Shown: positions 1 to 9,734 of the stretch, in pieces
Layout: the number at the start of each line of letters is the position of its first letter
How positions within the stretch are numbered: position 1 is the first letter of the stretch
Source: Candidatus Poribacteria bacterium
GTDB lineage: Bacteria > Poribacteria > WGA-4E > WGA-3G
Length of the DNA stretch: 64,000 nt
Reading direction: 5' to 3'
Assembly (NCBI GenBank): GCA_965198235.1
Contig: OZ240248.1
Span: 2,912,001 to 2,976,000, forward strand
Translations under genes and position numbers: made by a program
The notes under the pieces: model-generated
What the model saw: the letters and a program-made list of their open reading frames with translations, nothing else
Told to the model about the DNA's origin: nothing
The model's database searches: none

Positions 1-1946
1 TTGCCAGATTCTTTCGGCACAAACGAACCCGTGAACAACCCCATCGCATCTCCTTCACCCGGCTGCAGTCGGATTGTTTGTGTTTTACCCGAAGGCGAAA
101 TCGTCTGCACAACAACCGATCCTTTATCCAACGGACTGCCCAACGGATCGTTCACATTGGCGTTTAACATCACTGTATCATCGACGTGTGGTCGATCTGG
201 CGAATAAAACAACCGCATCGATTCGCCTTGTGCCATCTGCCGACGATACGCCATCCACCGGGCGACCTGACTCCAAAAGCGGTAGTGGTACTTATCCTCA
301 ACACCTTGCCGCCAACGCCATGCGCTATCTGTTCCCATAAACAACACTTTACCTGCACCGTACGTTTTGGTCACAATGAGCGGTACTCGTCCGGAAGCCG
401 TTGCGACCTCGTCATGCACCGCTAAAGTCTCTGTACCCGCCTTGGCTCGTTTGACCCCAGCGTACCAGTAGAAGCCGGGCAACGTGCGCCACACTTGGCG
501 GTTGATCTCCGTAGTTTCTCCGAGGCGAGTTAATAAACTTCGTTGTCCCAGCTGTGTGAGCGCGAAATATCCCAGTGTACCTGATCCAACACCATACGGG
601 GTCGCAGCGTCCAAAACCACAGGATAGAGATCCGCAAGCGGACCGGACATCAACGAATCATGCATCCCGGTACGTCCCGGCATAAAGACAAGCCCAGAAG
701 CCTGAGCACTGACCAGCTGCCGTAAGTCCCGTGTTTGTTCAACTGTTAACTGTTTCTCTTCGACACCGACATCACCAAGGAACACCACGTCGTAGCGGCT
801 TAGTTCGTTCGTCGTCGGGAAGTTTTTGATATACCTACGTCCTCCGCCGACCTTGGGTAGTTTCGGATGAAAAAGTAGACATGTCAATTCAACCCCGGGA
901 TCCCGTTCCAATGCGTTGCGCAGATAGCGGTACTCCCATCGTGGGTAGGATTCGACGACAAGGACTTTCAATTGTTCCTTGCGCACCGATATCGGCACAG
1001 AAATCTCATTGTTTTCCGGGATTAATTCCTGTGTGTCTCGCGGAATACGCATCGTTAGCGTGTAGTCACCAACTGCTGGTGGTGTCCAGATCATGTTCTC
1101 TTGCGCCTGGCTCATAGCGGGGACACGAATCAGCTTAGTAACCGTTGACTTCTTATTGACACTGAGGGTAACACTTACGTCCCGGTCCTGACCCAAGGTG
1201 CTGCGAACGACAAACGGAATACGAAGCTGCTTATTGGCAACCGCATAAGTCGGGGCATCCATACTAACCAATTCAAGGTCAGGTAACGGCACTTTACTGC
1301 CCACTCCAACCGCGAAAACGGGGATTCCTCTCATCCGAAACCGTGTAGCCGCCTCAACAGGTGAGTTACCGATATTCCAGTCCCCGTCCGACAATAGCAC
1401 GACACCGCGAAGGTTTGCGTGAGTGTCTAAAACCTGCGACAGTCCGGCGTTCAAATCTGTCGCTTCCTCCGCCGGATCTAACTGTGAAGAGAACGGTTCA
1501 AACACCACACTGAGGGCACTGGCATCCGAAGGCTTCCAAACCTCCTCAGACATCAGAGGTTGAATCGTCTCCGCGCGGCTTTTCGGGTCTCTTCGGTCAA
1601 GGTCTTGTGCTTGACCATCAACTCGTGCGTTTGAAAATGTGGAATCCGAGTTGATGGTCAAAACTACATCCCGCGTTTTCATACTGTTAGATTTGTCCCA
1701 AAGCACGGCGAGGGTGGAGCGCCGATCTGGTAGTTGCGTTTGCAACCATTCGGGTTGATTCAGGGTTACAACGACCAAACAAATCAACACAAAGCGCAGC
1801 AACTCAAGTGCCCCGGTCTTCTTGCTATAACCGCTGCGATGCCACGCCAACCAGCACAATATGCCTGCCACAATTATGATAACCAAGCTCAAACCTAAGA
1901 AGGTTCCGCTTGAGAAAAATTCAAGATTTCCCTGCTGTTCCTGCAT
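1..1946 (-). CDS. Membrane-anchored vWA-domain protein of the MoxR/DUF58/BatA cluster (runs off the window edge)
   Basis: Not in the ORF track because it has no stop in the window. Manual translation from ATG 1946 gives MQEQQGNLEFFSSGTFLGLSLVIIIVAGILCWLAW...LAVLWDKSNSM (two TM helices, MIDAS-like DxSxS), later VLLSDGDWN. Confidence 0.8.
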   Translation of the reverse strand, partial: MQEQQGNLEFFSSGTFLGLSLVIIIVAGILCWLAWHRSGYSKKTGALELLRFVLICLVVVTLNQPEWLQTQLPDRRSTLAVLWDKSNSMKTRDVVLTINSDSTFSNARVDGQAQDLDRRDPKSRAETIQPLMSEEVWKPSDASALSVVFEPFSSQLDPAEEATDLNAGLSQVLDTHANLRGVVLLSDGDWNIGNSPVEAATRFRMRGIPVFAVGVGSKVPLPDLELVSMDAPTYAVANKQLRIPFVVRSTLGQDRDVSVTLSVNKKSTVTKLIRVPAMSQAQENMIWTPPAVGDYTLTMRIPRDTQELIPENNEISVPISVRKEQLKVLVVESYPRWEYRYLRNALERDPGVELTCLLFHPKLPKVGGGRRYIKNFPTTNELSRYDVVFLGDVGVEEKQLTVEQTRDLRQLVSAQASGLVFMPGRTGMHDSLMSGPLADLYPVVLDAATPYGVGSGTLGYFALTQLGQRSLLTRLGETTEINRQVWRTLPGFYWYAGVKRAKAGTETLAVHDEVATASGRVPLIVTKTYGAGKVLFMGTDSAWRWRQGVEDKYHYRFWSQVARWMAYRRQMAQGESMRLFYSPDRPHVDDTVMLNANVNDPLGSPLDKGSVVVQTISPSGKTQTIRLQPGEGDAMGLFTGSFVPKESG

Positions 1947-2009
1947 TACGATTGCCTCGCAGTGAGAGTTGTTTCTCAACTGTCAGTTCTGATAGCCGAA
2001 TGCTAACAA

Positions 2010-4154
2010 CTACTCCGTCCTTCTACCTGCGACTGTGCGGTCGATTAAAGGGGTAGCTTTAACTCTCTTACTTGGTAAACTCAGTACCGCCTCTACAAGA
2101 AGTGCCACTATCATTGCAATGAGAAAGATGCGCCACAGTTCACTCGCTAAGGCGGATGTGTCGCCAACATCAACATCAATCCGCCGATACGACATTCCAT
2201 CAAATAGGGCATCTACCGTCTCGACAGGGACCGCCGTGGCACTGTCTTCAATTTGGCTACGGTTCACAGCCGTCCAATATACTCCGTCTCGGTATACGCC
2301 GGCGTGTAGCCCGCGTTGTGAAAGAAGCGGCGAATTGTCCGCAGGAGCCACTAACTCCCACTGGTTACGGTCTGCCAGCACACCAGGCCCCGCGTCGCGT
2401 TGAGATGCCACAGCCAACGCGCGACAGCCTTGATCCAACGCCCGCTGTAAAATCACGTAAAAGGTGACACCTTCGCGTTCGAGGGAGGAAAATTGTGCCG
2501 TAGGTAGTGTGCTACAGAAATATACCGCACCACGATCAGTGGCGACGCGGGTGAGCAGAGGAGCCTCGTCATCAAACCTCGCCAACGGTGTCCCAAGGCT
2601 TTCAAAAGATCGATATCGATAGGTGCGTAGTTCGTTCAATGGCAACGCGTCTCCACTCTCTACGTGTGCCAGCAGATCTGTATCGCCACGCCACCATGAG
2701 ATACCGAAGGAATGGCTGTCGGCTGTCGGCTGTCGGAAGCCATCAGCAAAGAGGTTTCCTGATAAACCAGAGTCTTCTTGCTGACTGCTGACCGCTGACC
2801 GCTGACCCCTATTCCCAGGTGTTTGCCAGTCCACCCAACGTGAGCCAAATAGCCGTTCATCTGCGTTTTGACTCCCCTTCCCAGTAACGGGTGGGGATCC
2901 CGGTGGGAAGAACATAACTACACGTCCCGTGTCAACGAATTGCGCAATCTGCTCGGCTACTGACCCGCGCGGTAGAGCCGCTTGCCAGATCAATAACCCT
3001 GTACTTTCCCAATCAATTTCTGCAACGCGATCTATGGAGATCACATCAACCCGATGTTGGAGCCGAGAGTCTATTGGAATAGCAAGTGCCCGACGAAACG
3101 CTTCACCATTTTTTACATCATCACTGACAACAACGGCTCTTCGCGCCAGCGGTTCTGAAAACACAAAGAAAAACCGATTGTCTAAGGGATTCGCATCACC
3201 CGGCAATCCGACCGAACCCCAACCTGAACGGAGTTTGGTATCAATTGGAATACGGTGTCCCTGTAAAGAAGCACCCTGTCTGTCAAGCTCCACTTCAACG
3301 ACAGACCGAACGTTGTTGACTTCAAACGCAATTCGCGTCTTCCGCGTTGTGTCACTGCTACCTTTCGACCGAACTATCACATCAAGAACAAGTTCCGCAT
3401 CGTGGTTTCCGCGTTCCCACCGTTGTACGTTCTCTACCCTTACCGACAAATTGCCTGAAGGTAAATCTGCGTCCGCAAGCAAGAAATGATGTACACCCTC
3501 TAACTGAGCAAACTCCTCGCGTATCGCTCGCCAGCGTCCGCTTTCAACATCCCAATCGTTTTCGCTCAAGTCAGAGCAGATCCACACGTCAACTCGTCCC
3601 GACTCATTCGCTTTGAGATACGTCAAGGCGGACTCAAGCATACCCGGAATATCCGCACTGGTGGCACTTGATTCGGTTGTAGGTAAACCCAATAGGGCTT
3701 TCGGTGAATCTACCTCCTGTAGTTGACCGCTCGCACTATCGATCAGAACCAAGTGCGTCCCATAATCACCCTGTTCCAGCAATTCCGCAAGCCGCTGTAG
3801 CGCAGCAGATCTCTTTGACTGACCCGCTTGTAGGTCTTGCATTTCCATGCTGGTAGAGCGATCGAGAAGTATCAAGGTGGCATCCGGTTTACCCATTCCG
3901 ATGCTACCCAACCATCCACCGGACAGTGGACGACTGATTACGAAAATCAGAGCCGCTACTGCAAGCACACGCATCAACAGGATAAGGAAATGCCGGAGAC
4001 GTGCCATGCCCTTGCTCATCCGCTTCGCATTCATGAGGAACATCATCGCTGCCCAAGGAATAGTGCGGTGCCGATGCTGATTGATAAGGTGGATAAGGAT
4101 CGGTAACGCGATCAAAGGGAGTGCGATTAATGCCAACGGTTGTAGAAAACCCAT
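2010..4154 (-). CDS. BatA N-terminal domain / vWA protein
   Basis: N-terminal 'LPILIHLIN...W.AM.FL' BatA motif, MIDAS-like LLDRSTSM, C-terminal TM helix. Confidence 0.85.
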   Translation of the reverse strand: MGFLQPLALIALPLIALPILIHLINQHRHRTIPWAAMMFLMNAKRMSKGMARLRHFLILLMRVLAVAALIFVISRPLSGGWLGSIGMGKPDATLILLDRSTSMEMQDLQAGQSKRSAALQRLAELLEQGDYGTHLVLIDSASGQLQEVDSPKALLGLPTTESSATSADIPGMLESALTYLKANESGRVDVWICSDLSENDWDVESGRWRAIREEFAQLEGVHHFLLADADLPSGNLSVRVENVQRWERGNHDAELVLDVIVRSKGSSDTTRKTRIAFEVNNVRSVVEVELDRQGASLQGHRIPIDTKLRSGWGSVGLPGDANPLDNRFFFVFSEPLARRAVVVSDDVKNGEAFRRALAIPIDSRLQHRVDVISIDRVAEIDWESTGLLIWQAALPRGSVAEQIAQFVDTGRVVMFFPPGSPPVTGKGSQNADERLFGSRWVDWQTPGNRGQRSAVSSQQEDSGLSGNLFADGFRQPTADSHSFGISWWRGDTDLLAHVESGDALPLNELRTYRYRSFESLGTPLARFDDEAPLLTRVATDRGAVYFCSTLPTAQFSSLEREGVTFYVILQRALDQGCRALAVASQRDAGPGVLADRNQWELVAPADNSPLLSQRGLHAGVYRDGVYWTAVNRSQIEDSATAVPVETVDALFDGMSYRRIDVDVGDTSALASELWRIFLIAMIVALLVEAVLSLPSKRVKATPLIDRTVAGRRTE
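2714..2807. repeat. Heptamer-arm palindromic repeat lying in frame inside the BatA CDS
   Basis: (GGCTGTC)x3 at 2714-2734 and (GCTGACY)x4 at 2780-2807 form imperfect inverted arms. The same architecture occurs intergenically at about 8330-8425. Confidence 0.75.
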
Positions 4155-4196
4155 TTTTTTAATTTATTCCTCCTGGGCGTTGCTCAGATTCAATCG

Positions 4197-5099
4197 TTAG
4201 AAAAGCCGCTTCGGTGTCCGTCCCAACAGGAATCGCGCCAACACATCATCGTAGTTCTCATCAATGCGGATACGGTGGTAATCGACTTCAGTATCCTGAA
4301 TTACTGTGTTCATACTTTCGAGATACATTTCGAGTGCACGCTGGTATTGCGCGCCGATGACAGTTGGATCCGCCAATATAGGTTCGCCTCCCTCCATATC
4401 AACGAAACGCATTGGACGATCGAATTCCAACTCCAACTCACTCTGCTCCAACAGATGAAACACCGCGACATCATGCTTACGGAACCGCAAATGCTCAAGA
4501 CAGTTCCGAACGACTTCCGGCTCAATGAACAGATCGGAAAGGACGATGATGAGTGCCCTTTGCGGAACGCGTTCAGCGGTTTCATGGAGAACGTTCGCCA
4601 ATCCCGTCTCACCAGATGCTTCCATAGCACCCAATTCATCGAGCACCGCGCTAAGGTGCATTGCGCTACGTTTTGGTGGGATCTCTTTGTGGAACCCCGC
4701 GCCTGCACAGTAGAGTCCGACAGCATCACCTTGCTGGGCAGCGATATAGGCTAAAGTTCCAGCGATACGACGGGCATAGTCCAGTTTACTCGTCCCGTTA
4801 TACGCGAAATTCATAGAACCGCTGGTATCAACGACTAAACACATCCGTAAATTGGTATCAGCCTCAAACTCTTTGATGTAGTAACGATCATTCCGCGCGT
4901 AAGCCCGCCAATCAAGTCTGCGAGGGTCATCACCTGGGACATATTTGCGATATTCCGCAAATTCAAGGCTGGAACCACGAATCGGACTCCGATGTTTGCC
5001 CGATACGCTCCCGATCATAGGCAACCGAGCGTGCAGTTGAAGGGTCGAAAGCCGTTCCAAAACCTTCTGATCAAGGTAATCTCGTTTGAGTTGTAGCAT
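4197..5099 (-). CDS. DUF58 family protein (vWA-like, MoxR partner)
   Basis: GSSLEFAEYRKYVPGDDPRRLDW signature, DTSGSM. Confidence 0.93.
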   Translation of the reverse strand: MLQLKRDYLDQKVLERLSTLQLHARLPMIGSVSGKHRSPIRGSSLEFAEYRKYVPGDDPRRLDWRAYARNDRYYIKEFEADTNLRMCLVVDTSGSMNFAYNGTSKLDYARRIAGTLAYIAAQQGDAVGLYCAGAGFHKEIPPKRSAMHLSAVLDELGAMEASGETGLANVLHETAERVPQRALIIVLSDLFIEPEVVRNCLEHLRFRKHDVAVFHLLEQSELELEFDRPMRFVDMEGGEPILADPTVIGAQYQRALEMYLESMNTVIQDTEVDYHRIRIDENYDDVLARFLLGRTPKRLF

Positions 5100-5307
5100 A
5101 TTTTTCTAACTATGGGGATATGAACATCGTTCCACTTCGTTTCACGATGGTGTTTGGTGAAGTCAGAAACCTTTCAGCACCTAGGAGCAGGTTGCTAACT
5201 TTACCGGAAACCGTTGCGGAATGAAATTAGGTTTCCTTAAATGGCATAATTTGTCTTTGCTTTACATTTGGAGCAACGCCCAGGAGCAATCAGTTAAAAA
5301 ATCAGAT

Positions 5308-6321
5308 TCAATCGTTAGACAACTCCTCAACGAGTCGGTTGACGATGTCTTTACTGGTGATATTCTCAGACTCGGCAGCGAAGGAGGTGATAACACGATG
5401 CGCCAGCACCGGATTCGCCACCGCAACAACATCTTCAAGTCGTGCCATGTAGCTTCCACTGAGTGCCGCACGGGCTTTCGCACCGAGAATTAGGTACTGA
5501 ACCGCCCGCGGACCAGCACCCCAAGCCACCAGAGGCTGCAACCAGTCAGGTGCTGCGTCGCCTTTTGGACGTGTACTTCGGGCGAGATCCACGGCGAATT
5601 CGTAGATATGCTCGGCGACCGGGATGCGACGCACAAGGTCTTGAAACGCTCGAACCCGTTCACCCGTCAGAACATGCTCCAGCGTCGGGAGGGACGCACC
5701 AGTCGTCGTGCGGGCAATCTCAATCTCTTCAAACCGCGCTGGATAGTCCACCTCGATTCTGAACATGAATCGGTCTAATTGTGCTTCCGGCAATGGGTAG
5801 GTTCCTTCCTGCTCGATTGGATTTTGTGTTGCTAAGACAAAGAAAGGGAGATCCAGAGAGTATGTTCTGCCGATGACAGTGATTTTGTATTCCTGCATTG
5901 CCTCAAGCATAGCGGCTTGTGTTTTTGAAGGGGCTCGGTTAATCTCATCCGCTAAAATGAGATTCGCAAAGAGGGGTCCCTTTACGAACTCGAACTCCCG
6001 TCTGCCTCCTGGGACTTCCTGAAGGATGTCGGTGCCGGTGATGTCCATCGGCATGAGGTCAGGCGTGAACTGGATTCGACTGAATCGCAACGCCATCGTC
6101 TCGGCAAATCGACTGACCAACAACGTTTTTGCCAAGCCGGGAACACCCATCAACAGCGCGTGCCCTTGAGAAAATAGACATATCGCCAAGTGTTCGATAA
6201 CCTGCTCCTGACCGATGATGATCCTCGCAAGCGATGCCTTTAACTGGTCGTAGACGTTTCGGAGTTCGTCAATTTCAGCAACATCGTCGGCATGCATTCC
6301 GTCATTTATTGGGGTCGCCAT
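5308..6321 (-). CDS. moxR: MoxR family AAA+ ATPase
   Basis: Walker A GVPGLAKT, RIQFTPDLMP, Walker B LADEINRA, ATQNPIEQEGTYPLPEAQLDRF. Confidence 0.95.
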   Translation of the reverse strand: MATPINDGMHADDVAEIDELRNVYDQLKASLARIIIGQEQVIEHLAICLFSQGHALLMGVPGLAKTLLVSRFAETMALRFSRIQFTPDLMPMDITGTDILQEVPGGRREFEFVKGPLFANLILADEINRAPSKTQAAMLEAMQEYKITVIGRTYSLDLPFFVLATQNPIEQEGTYPLPEAQLDRFMFRIEVDYPARFEEIEIARTTTGASLPTLEHVLTGERVRAFQDLVRRIPVAEHIYEFAVDLARSTRPKGDAAPDWLQPLVAWGAGPRAVQYLILGAKARAALSGSYMARLEDVVAVANPVLAHRVITSFAAESENITSKDIVNRLVEELSND

Positions 6322-6410
6322 AAAATTCCTTTTGTTTATTAGGAGTTGACAATTTTCGGTTTGCAGTCAGAAAAGCGTTCCCTTTCCGACATTTAAACGT
6401 GATATATGAT

Positions 6411-6620
6411 CTCATTCAACTATTAGTGACGCACCTTGGCAGCGGAAATGGTGCATAATTTTAGAAAAAATCAAAAAACTACCTATACGCAAACACCAAG
6501 ACCCAAGAAAACCCTTTACTGCAGTTTGAACTTATTTAATCGAACTCATGCCAATTCTTAGTGACACACTTTTAGGGTGGAAAGGTTGCAGAATCTTAGA
6601 AAAGTCACCAAAGCACCCTA
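6411..6620. repeat. Degenerate ~75-bp direct repeat, period ~135 bp
   Basis: CTCATTCAACTATTAGTGACGCACCTT...TTAGAAAA (6411-6485) versus CTCATGCCAATTCTTAGTGACACACTT...TTAGAAAA (6545-6620). Confidence 0.6.
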
Positions 6621-6706
6621 AGTTTTAACCTAAAAAATCGAATATAAGTATTCCACCGTAAGCTTTCTTTAAATACTTAAACCGAACCTACGTTACCGCA
6701 ACAGAG

Positions 6707-6723
6707 AGCAAATTCCGTGCCAA
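6707..6723 (-). promoter_or_regulatory. sigma54 (-24/-12) promoter facing the moxR operon
   Basis: The minus strand reads TTGGCACGGAATTTGCT, matching the consensus YTGGCACGRNNNTTGCW. Confidence 0.65.
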
Positions 6724-6847
6724 TCTGAACAGGATCATACTGTCGGAATTTTTGGGGGAATACCCAACCCGTTATCCAACTTTATCTATCCAATTTATCT
6801 TGAAGATACATGTAAACGCGCCTGTAAAAATCCATATAGCGATTTCG

Positions 6848-8308
6848 TTAGTGCGAAGCGACACGCGGTATCATCTGAGGGTGTGCATAAACGGTTGCGT
6901 CGAAACTTTTCTCCATCAGTTCCCATTTGACGGCTTGATAATCGGCATGATCCGAAAGGTCGTTATGTTCCCAAGGGTCGTTGTCGAGGTCGTAAAGTTC
7001 GCAAAGCCCTTTTTGATGGTAGGTTACGAGCTTCCAGCGTCGGTCCCGATACATCGTGGCGTGTGTCCGGTCGGGCATTGAGATTGCATCGAAAAATTCA
7101 CAACGAACCGCTTCTCGATGCTCGTTGGCAGGAACATCCCCGCGCAACAGTGGTGCGAGGGATTTGCCTTGTACGTAGTAGGGAATGTCCACACCCAACG
7201 CATCATATAGCATAGGAACAATATCGAGCAGTTCAACGAGGGCATCACTCTGAACGTTTTGCAAGAACTGCGCCGGCCACGAAATCATGAGCGGCACCCG
7301 CACCGATCCTTCGTAAAAACGACACCCTTTGAATGCCAATCCGTGGTCCCCAAGTGCCTCTCCGTGGTCGGAAGTAAAGATAATAATCGTATCTTCACGA
7401 AGTCCTTCAGCATCAAGATAGTCGAGTGTACGTCCGAACTCATAGTCGAGTTGTTCAATCATAGCGTAATAAGATGCCTGCATCCGCTTGTCGTCCCACT
7501 CTGGAGGCGGTTTCGCCTGAGATTGAAAGTCGATACCCGCATCTGTTAATTTCGACTGAAAGGCAATATCGCTCTCCTGAAAGTGCGGACCGGGCAGTGT
7601 TTCCGGGTCGTACCGTCGATAATACTCCCATGGCGCATCAAACGGCGGATGTGGGTCAAATGGATTGATACTAAGCATCCACGGTTGATTTTCTCGGCGG
7701 TTTTTCCCAATAAATTCGATTGTTTTTTCGGTACACCAGTAGGTCTGATGGAGATGCGGTGGGACATTGTCAATATCCGGGGTCGGTTCTTGCACGCGTC
7801 CGGTCCTGTTCGGATACTTTTGGGAGATCGCCTTTCCCGCTATCAACGCTTCAGGATCAACCCCTTGCGCGCGTTGCCAATCTGCGTATTCGTGTCCGAG
7901 CGCGTTCGGCTTGCCGTGGTCGTGGCTATATTGGAAGTAGCGATATCCGTCATCCACGCGCTGTTCTTGGGCATCAAAAGCACTCGCGAGATGGAGTTTA
8001 CCGATTAACCCACAGTCGTAGCCATCTTGCGCCAGCGCATGCGTTATCAGTCGATCTTCATAATATTTGGGGAAAACCCGGTTGCCGTTACCAGTGACGC
8101 TCACGGCTGAAGGATACATACCCGTCATGAAGCTTGCACGAGAAGGCGTGCAGATCGGAGACTGGCAATAGGCGTGAGTAAACGTTACCGACTGCCCCAT
8201 AAATTCGTCGAGTCTTGGCGTGTTGATATACGGGTTTCCTAACGCTCCGATAGTATCGAAACGTTGCTGGTCTGTGCAGTACCATAAAATATTTGGACGT
8301 TTTTCCAT
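6848..8308 (-). CDS. Cys-type (formylglycine-dependent) sulfatase
   Basis: PNILW..TDQQR, CTPSRASFMTG signature, GKLHL, FTSDHG. Confidence 0.95.
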   Translation of the reverse strand: MEKRPNILWYCTDQQRFDTIGALGNPYINTPRLDEFMGQSVTFTHAYCQSPICTPSRASFMTGMYPSAVSVTGNGNRVFPKYYEDRLITHALAQDGYDCGLIGKLHLASAFDAQEQRVDDGYRYFQYSHDHGKPNALGHEYADWQRAQGVDPEALIAGKAISQKYPNRTGRVQEPTPDIDNVPPHLHQTYWCTEKTIEFIGKNRRENQPWMLSINPFDPHPPFDAPWEYYRRYDPETLPGPHFQESDIAFQSKLTDAGIDFQSQAKPPPEWDDKRMQASYYAMIEQLDYEFGRTLDYLDAEGLREDTIIIFTSDHGEALGDHGLAFKGCRFYEGSVRVPLMISWPAQFLQNVQSDALVELLDIVPMLYDALGVDIPYYVQGKSLAPLLRGDVPANEHREAVRCEFFDAISMPDRTHATMYRDRRWKLVTYHQKGLCELYDLDNDPWEHNDLSDHADYQAVKWELMEKSFDATVYAHPQMIPRVASH

Positions 8309-8424
8309 CGTTACTCCTTTTTAGGGTCTTTCAGTAATCGGCTTTCAGTCAGACGTGTGGCTGTTGCCAACGTTCTTATCTATCATAAACAACTCTTTAC
8401 TGATTGCTAATGGCTGATGGCTGA

Positions 8425-9663
8425 TTATCCCACTATTTCACTCAGTGCCTCGTCAGTCGTGACGACATGTTTTCCACCTGAACCCTCGATTCTGGTTATC
8501 ATCAAGGCTTTAAGTTCTTTCAGCTCTAACGGTGTCAATTCTTCAACGAGAGGACTCTCAATAAAGTTCCGATAGGCGCGACTGGTATCCGTTTTCGGCA
8601 TGATGTACATCGGAATGATGGCTTGCAACATTGCTGCGCGTTTACGCTCCGTACGATTCACCCCCGCGCGATGCCAAATTCTGGAGTCATAGAGGATATA
8701 ACTTCCTCCCGGTGCCTCGACGACATCCGCATTGGGTCCATTGTAGGGCAATCCATGAGCAGCCCGATAACCCGGTTGTCGATAGATGTGTCCCGGGCCC
8801 CATTCGTCCGGTGGACCCTCACCGAATATATGCGATCCGAGTTTGAAACAGGTCGCCCCGTTCTCCTTACGGAATTCGGAAACACACAGATTGCGCTGAA
8901 CACCCATAACCAATTCAGGAAAGTTGTGGGGTGGTATTTCTGGACCGGTGCCACGCGTAGCGAAAATTCCCCAGTGGTAAGGGAAATCGGAATGCCAACC
9001 TTGCACATCTCGCTCACCATCGTCCGGCGTGAGTATCGCAAAACCGGGTGAATGACCGAGCCGAATTTCACTCGTTCGCATATACTGGCGCATCAGCCAT
9101 AAGGACACCGGTTCTGTTGCGGCTTGTGCGACAGCAATACTTTTAACCAGTGCTCCTTTGCTACGGTCATAGGTTTCGTGGTCCCACCGACCGGTACAAC
9201 TAACCCGCTCCAACTCTTCAACAATATCGGGTGCCATGATAGAGGGGAGGCAAACCCATCCGTTCTCCTTGAGGGATTTTAGATATTCTGACGGAAGATG
9301 TGCAGGTCCATGTCCAGCGGAGAAGATCGCACCTTCATTGGCTGCCACAGTCCCATCGCTGGCAACCCGAACTCCGTTATGCCGAAGATAACAACCCGTG
9401 GGAGGGGTGTTTTTGCTTGGGTGTTTCCCTGATACTTTATCAACTTCCACTTTAAGGACAAGATCGGTGACCACATGGCGATACGCAGTCCCATCTTCAA
9501 CTGACTCCCATATCGCTTTATCGTCTACATAATCAAAAACTGCAAGTCCATCCTCAGAGACACCAAGGAATTCACCGTTCGGGGTGCCCAACAACGTCCA
9601 ATGCGCTGACGGGCGTTCCACACGAACGACACGTTCCTGAAAAAGTTCATTCTCGTATGACAT
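8425..9663 (-). CDS. Phytanoyl-CoA dioxygenase (PhyH)-family Fe(II)/2OG dioxygenase with extra N-terminal domain
   Basis: WHSD (HxD), NGAT and WHRAGVN motifs. Start moved to ATG 9663, which follows an AAGGAG RBS. Confidence 0.8.
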   Translation of the reverse strand: MSYENELFQERVVRVERPSAHWTLLGTPNGEFLGVSEDGLAVFDYVDDKAIWESVEDGTAYRHVVTDLVLKVEVDKVSGKHPSKNTPPTGCYLRHNGVRVASDGTVAANEGAIFSAGHGPAHLPSEYLKSLKENGWVCLPSIMAPDIVEELERVSCTGRWDHETYDRSKGALVKSIAVAQAATEPVSLWLMRQYMRTSEIRLGHSPGFAILTPDDGERDVQGWHSDFPYHWGIFATRGTGPEIPPHNFPELVMGVQRNLCVSEFRKENGATCFKLGSHIFGEGPPDEWGPGHIYRQPGYRAAHGLPYNGPNADVVEAPGGSYILYDSRIWHRAGVNRTERKRAAMLQAIIPMYIMPKTDTSRAYRNFIESPLVEELTPLELKELKALMITRIEGSGGKHVVTTDEALSEIVG

Positions 9664-9734
9664 AAATCTTGACTCCTTATTAGTTTCCACTAAGCGTACC
9701 CATTCGGACAGATTCACCGAAACGCGGTTATGCA

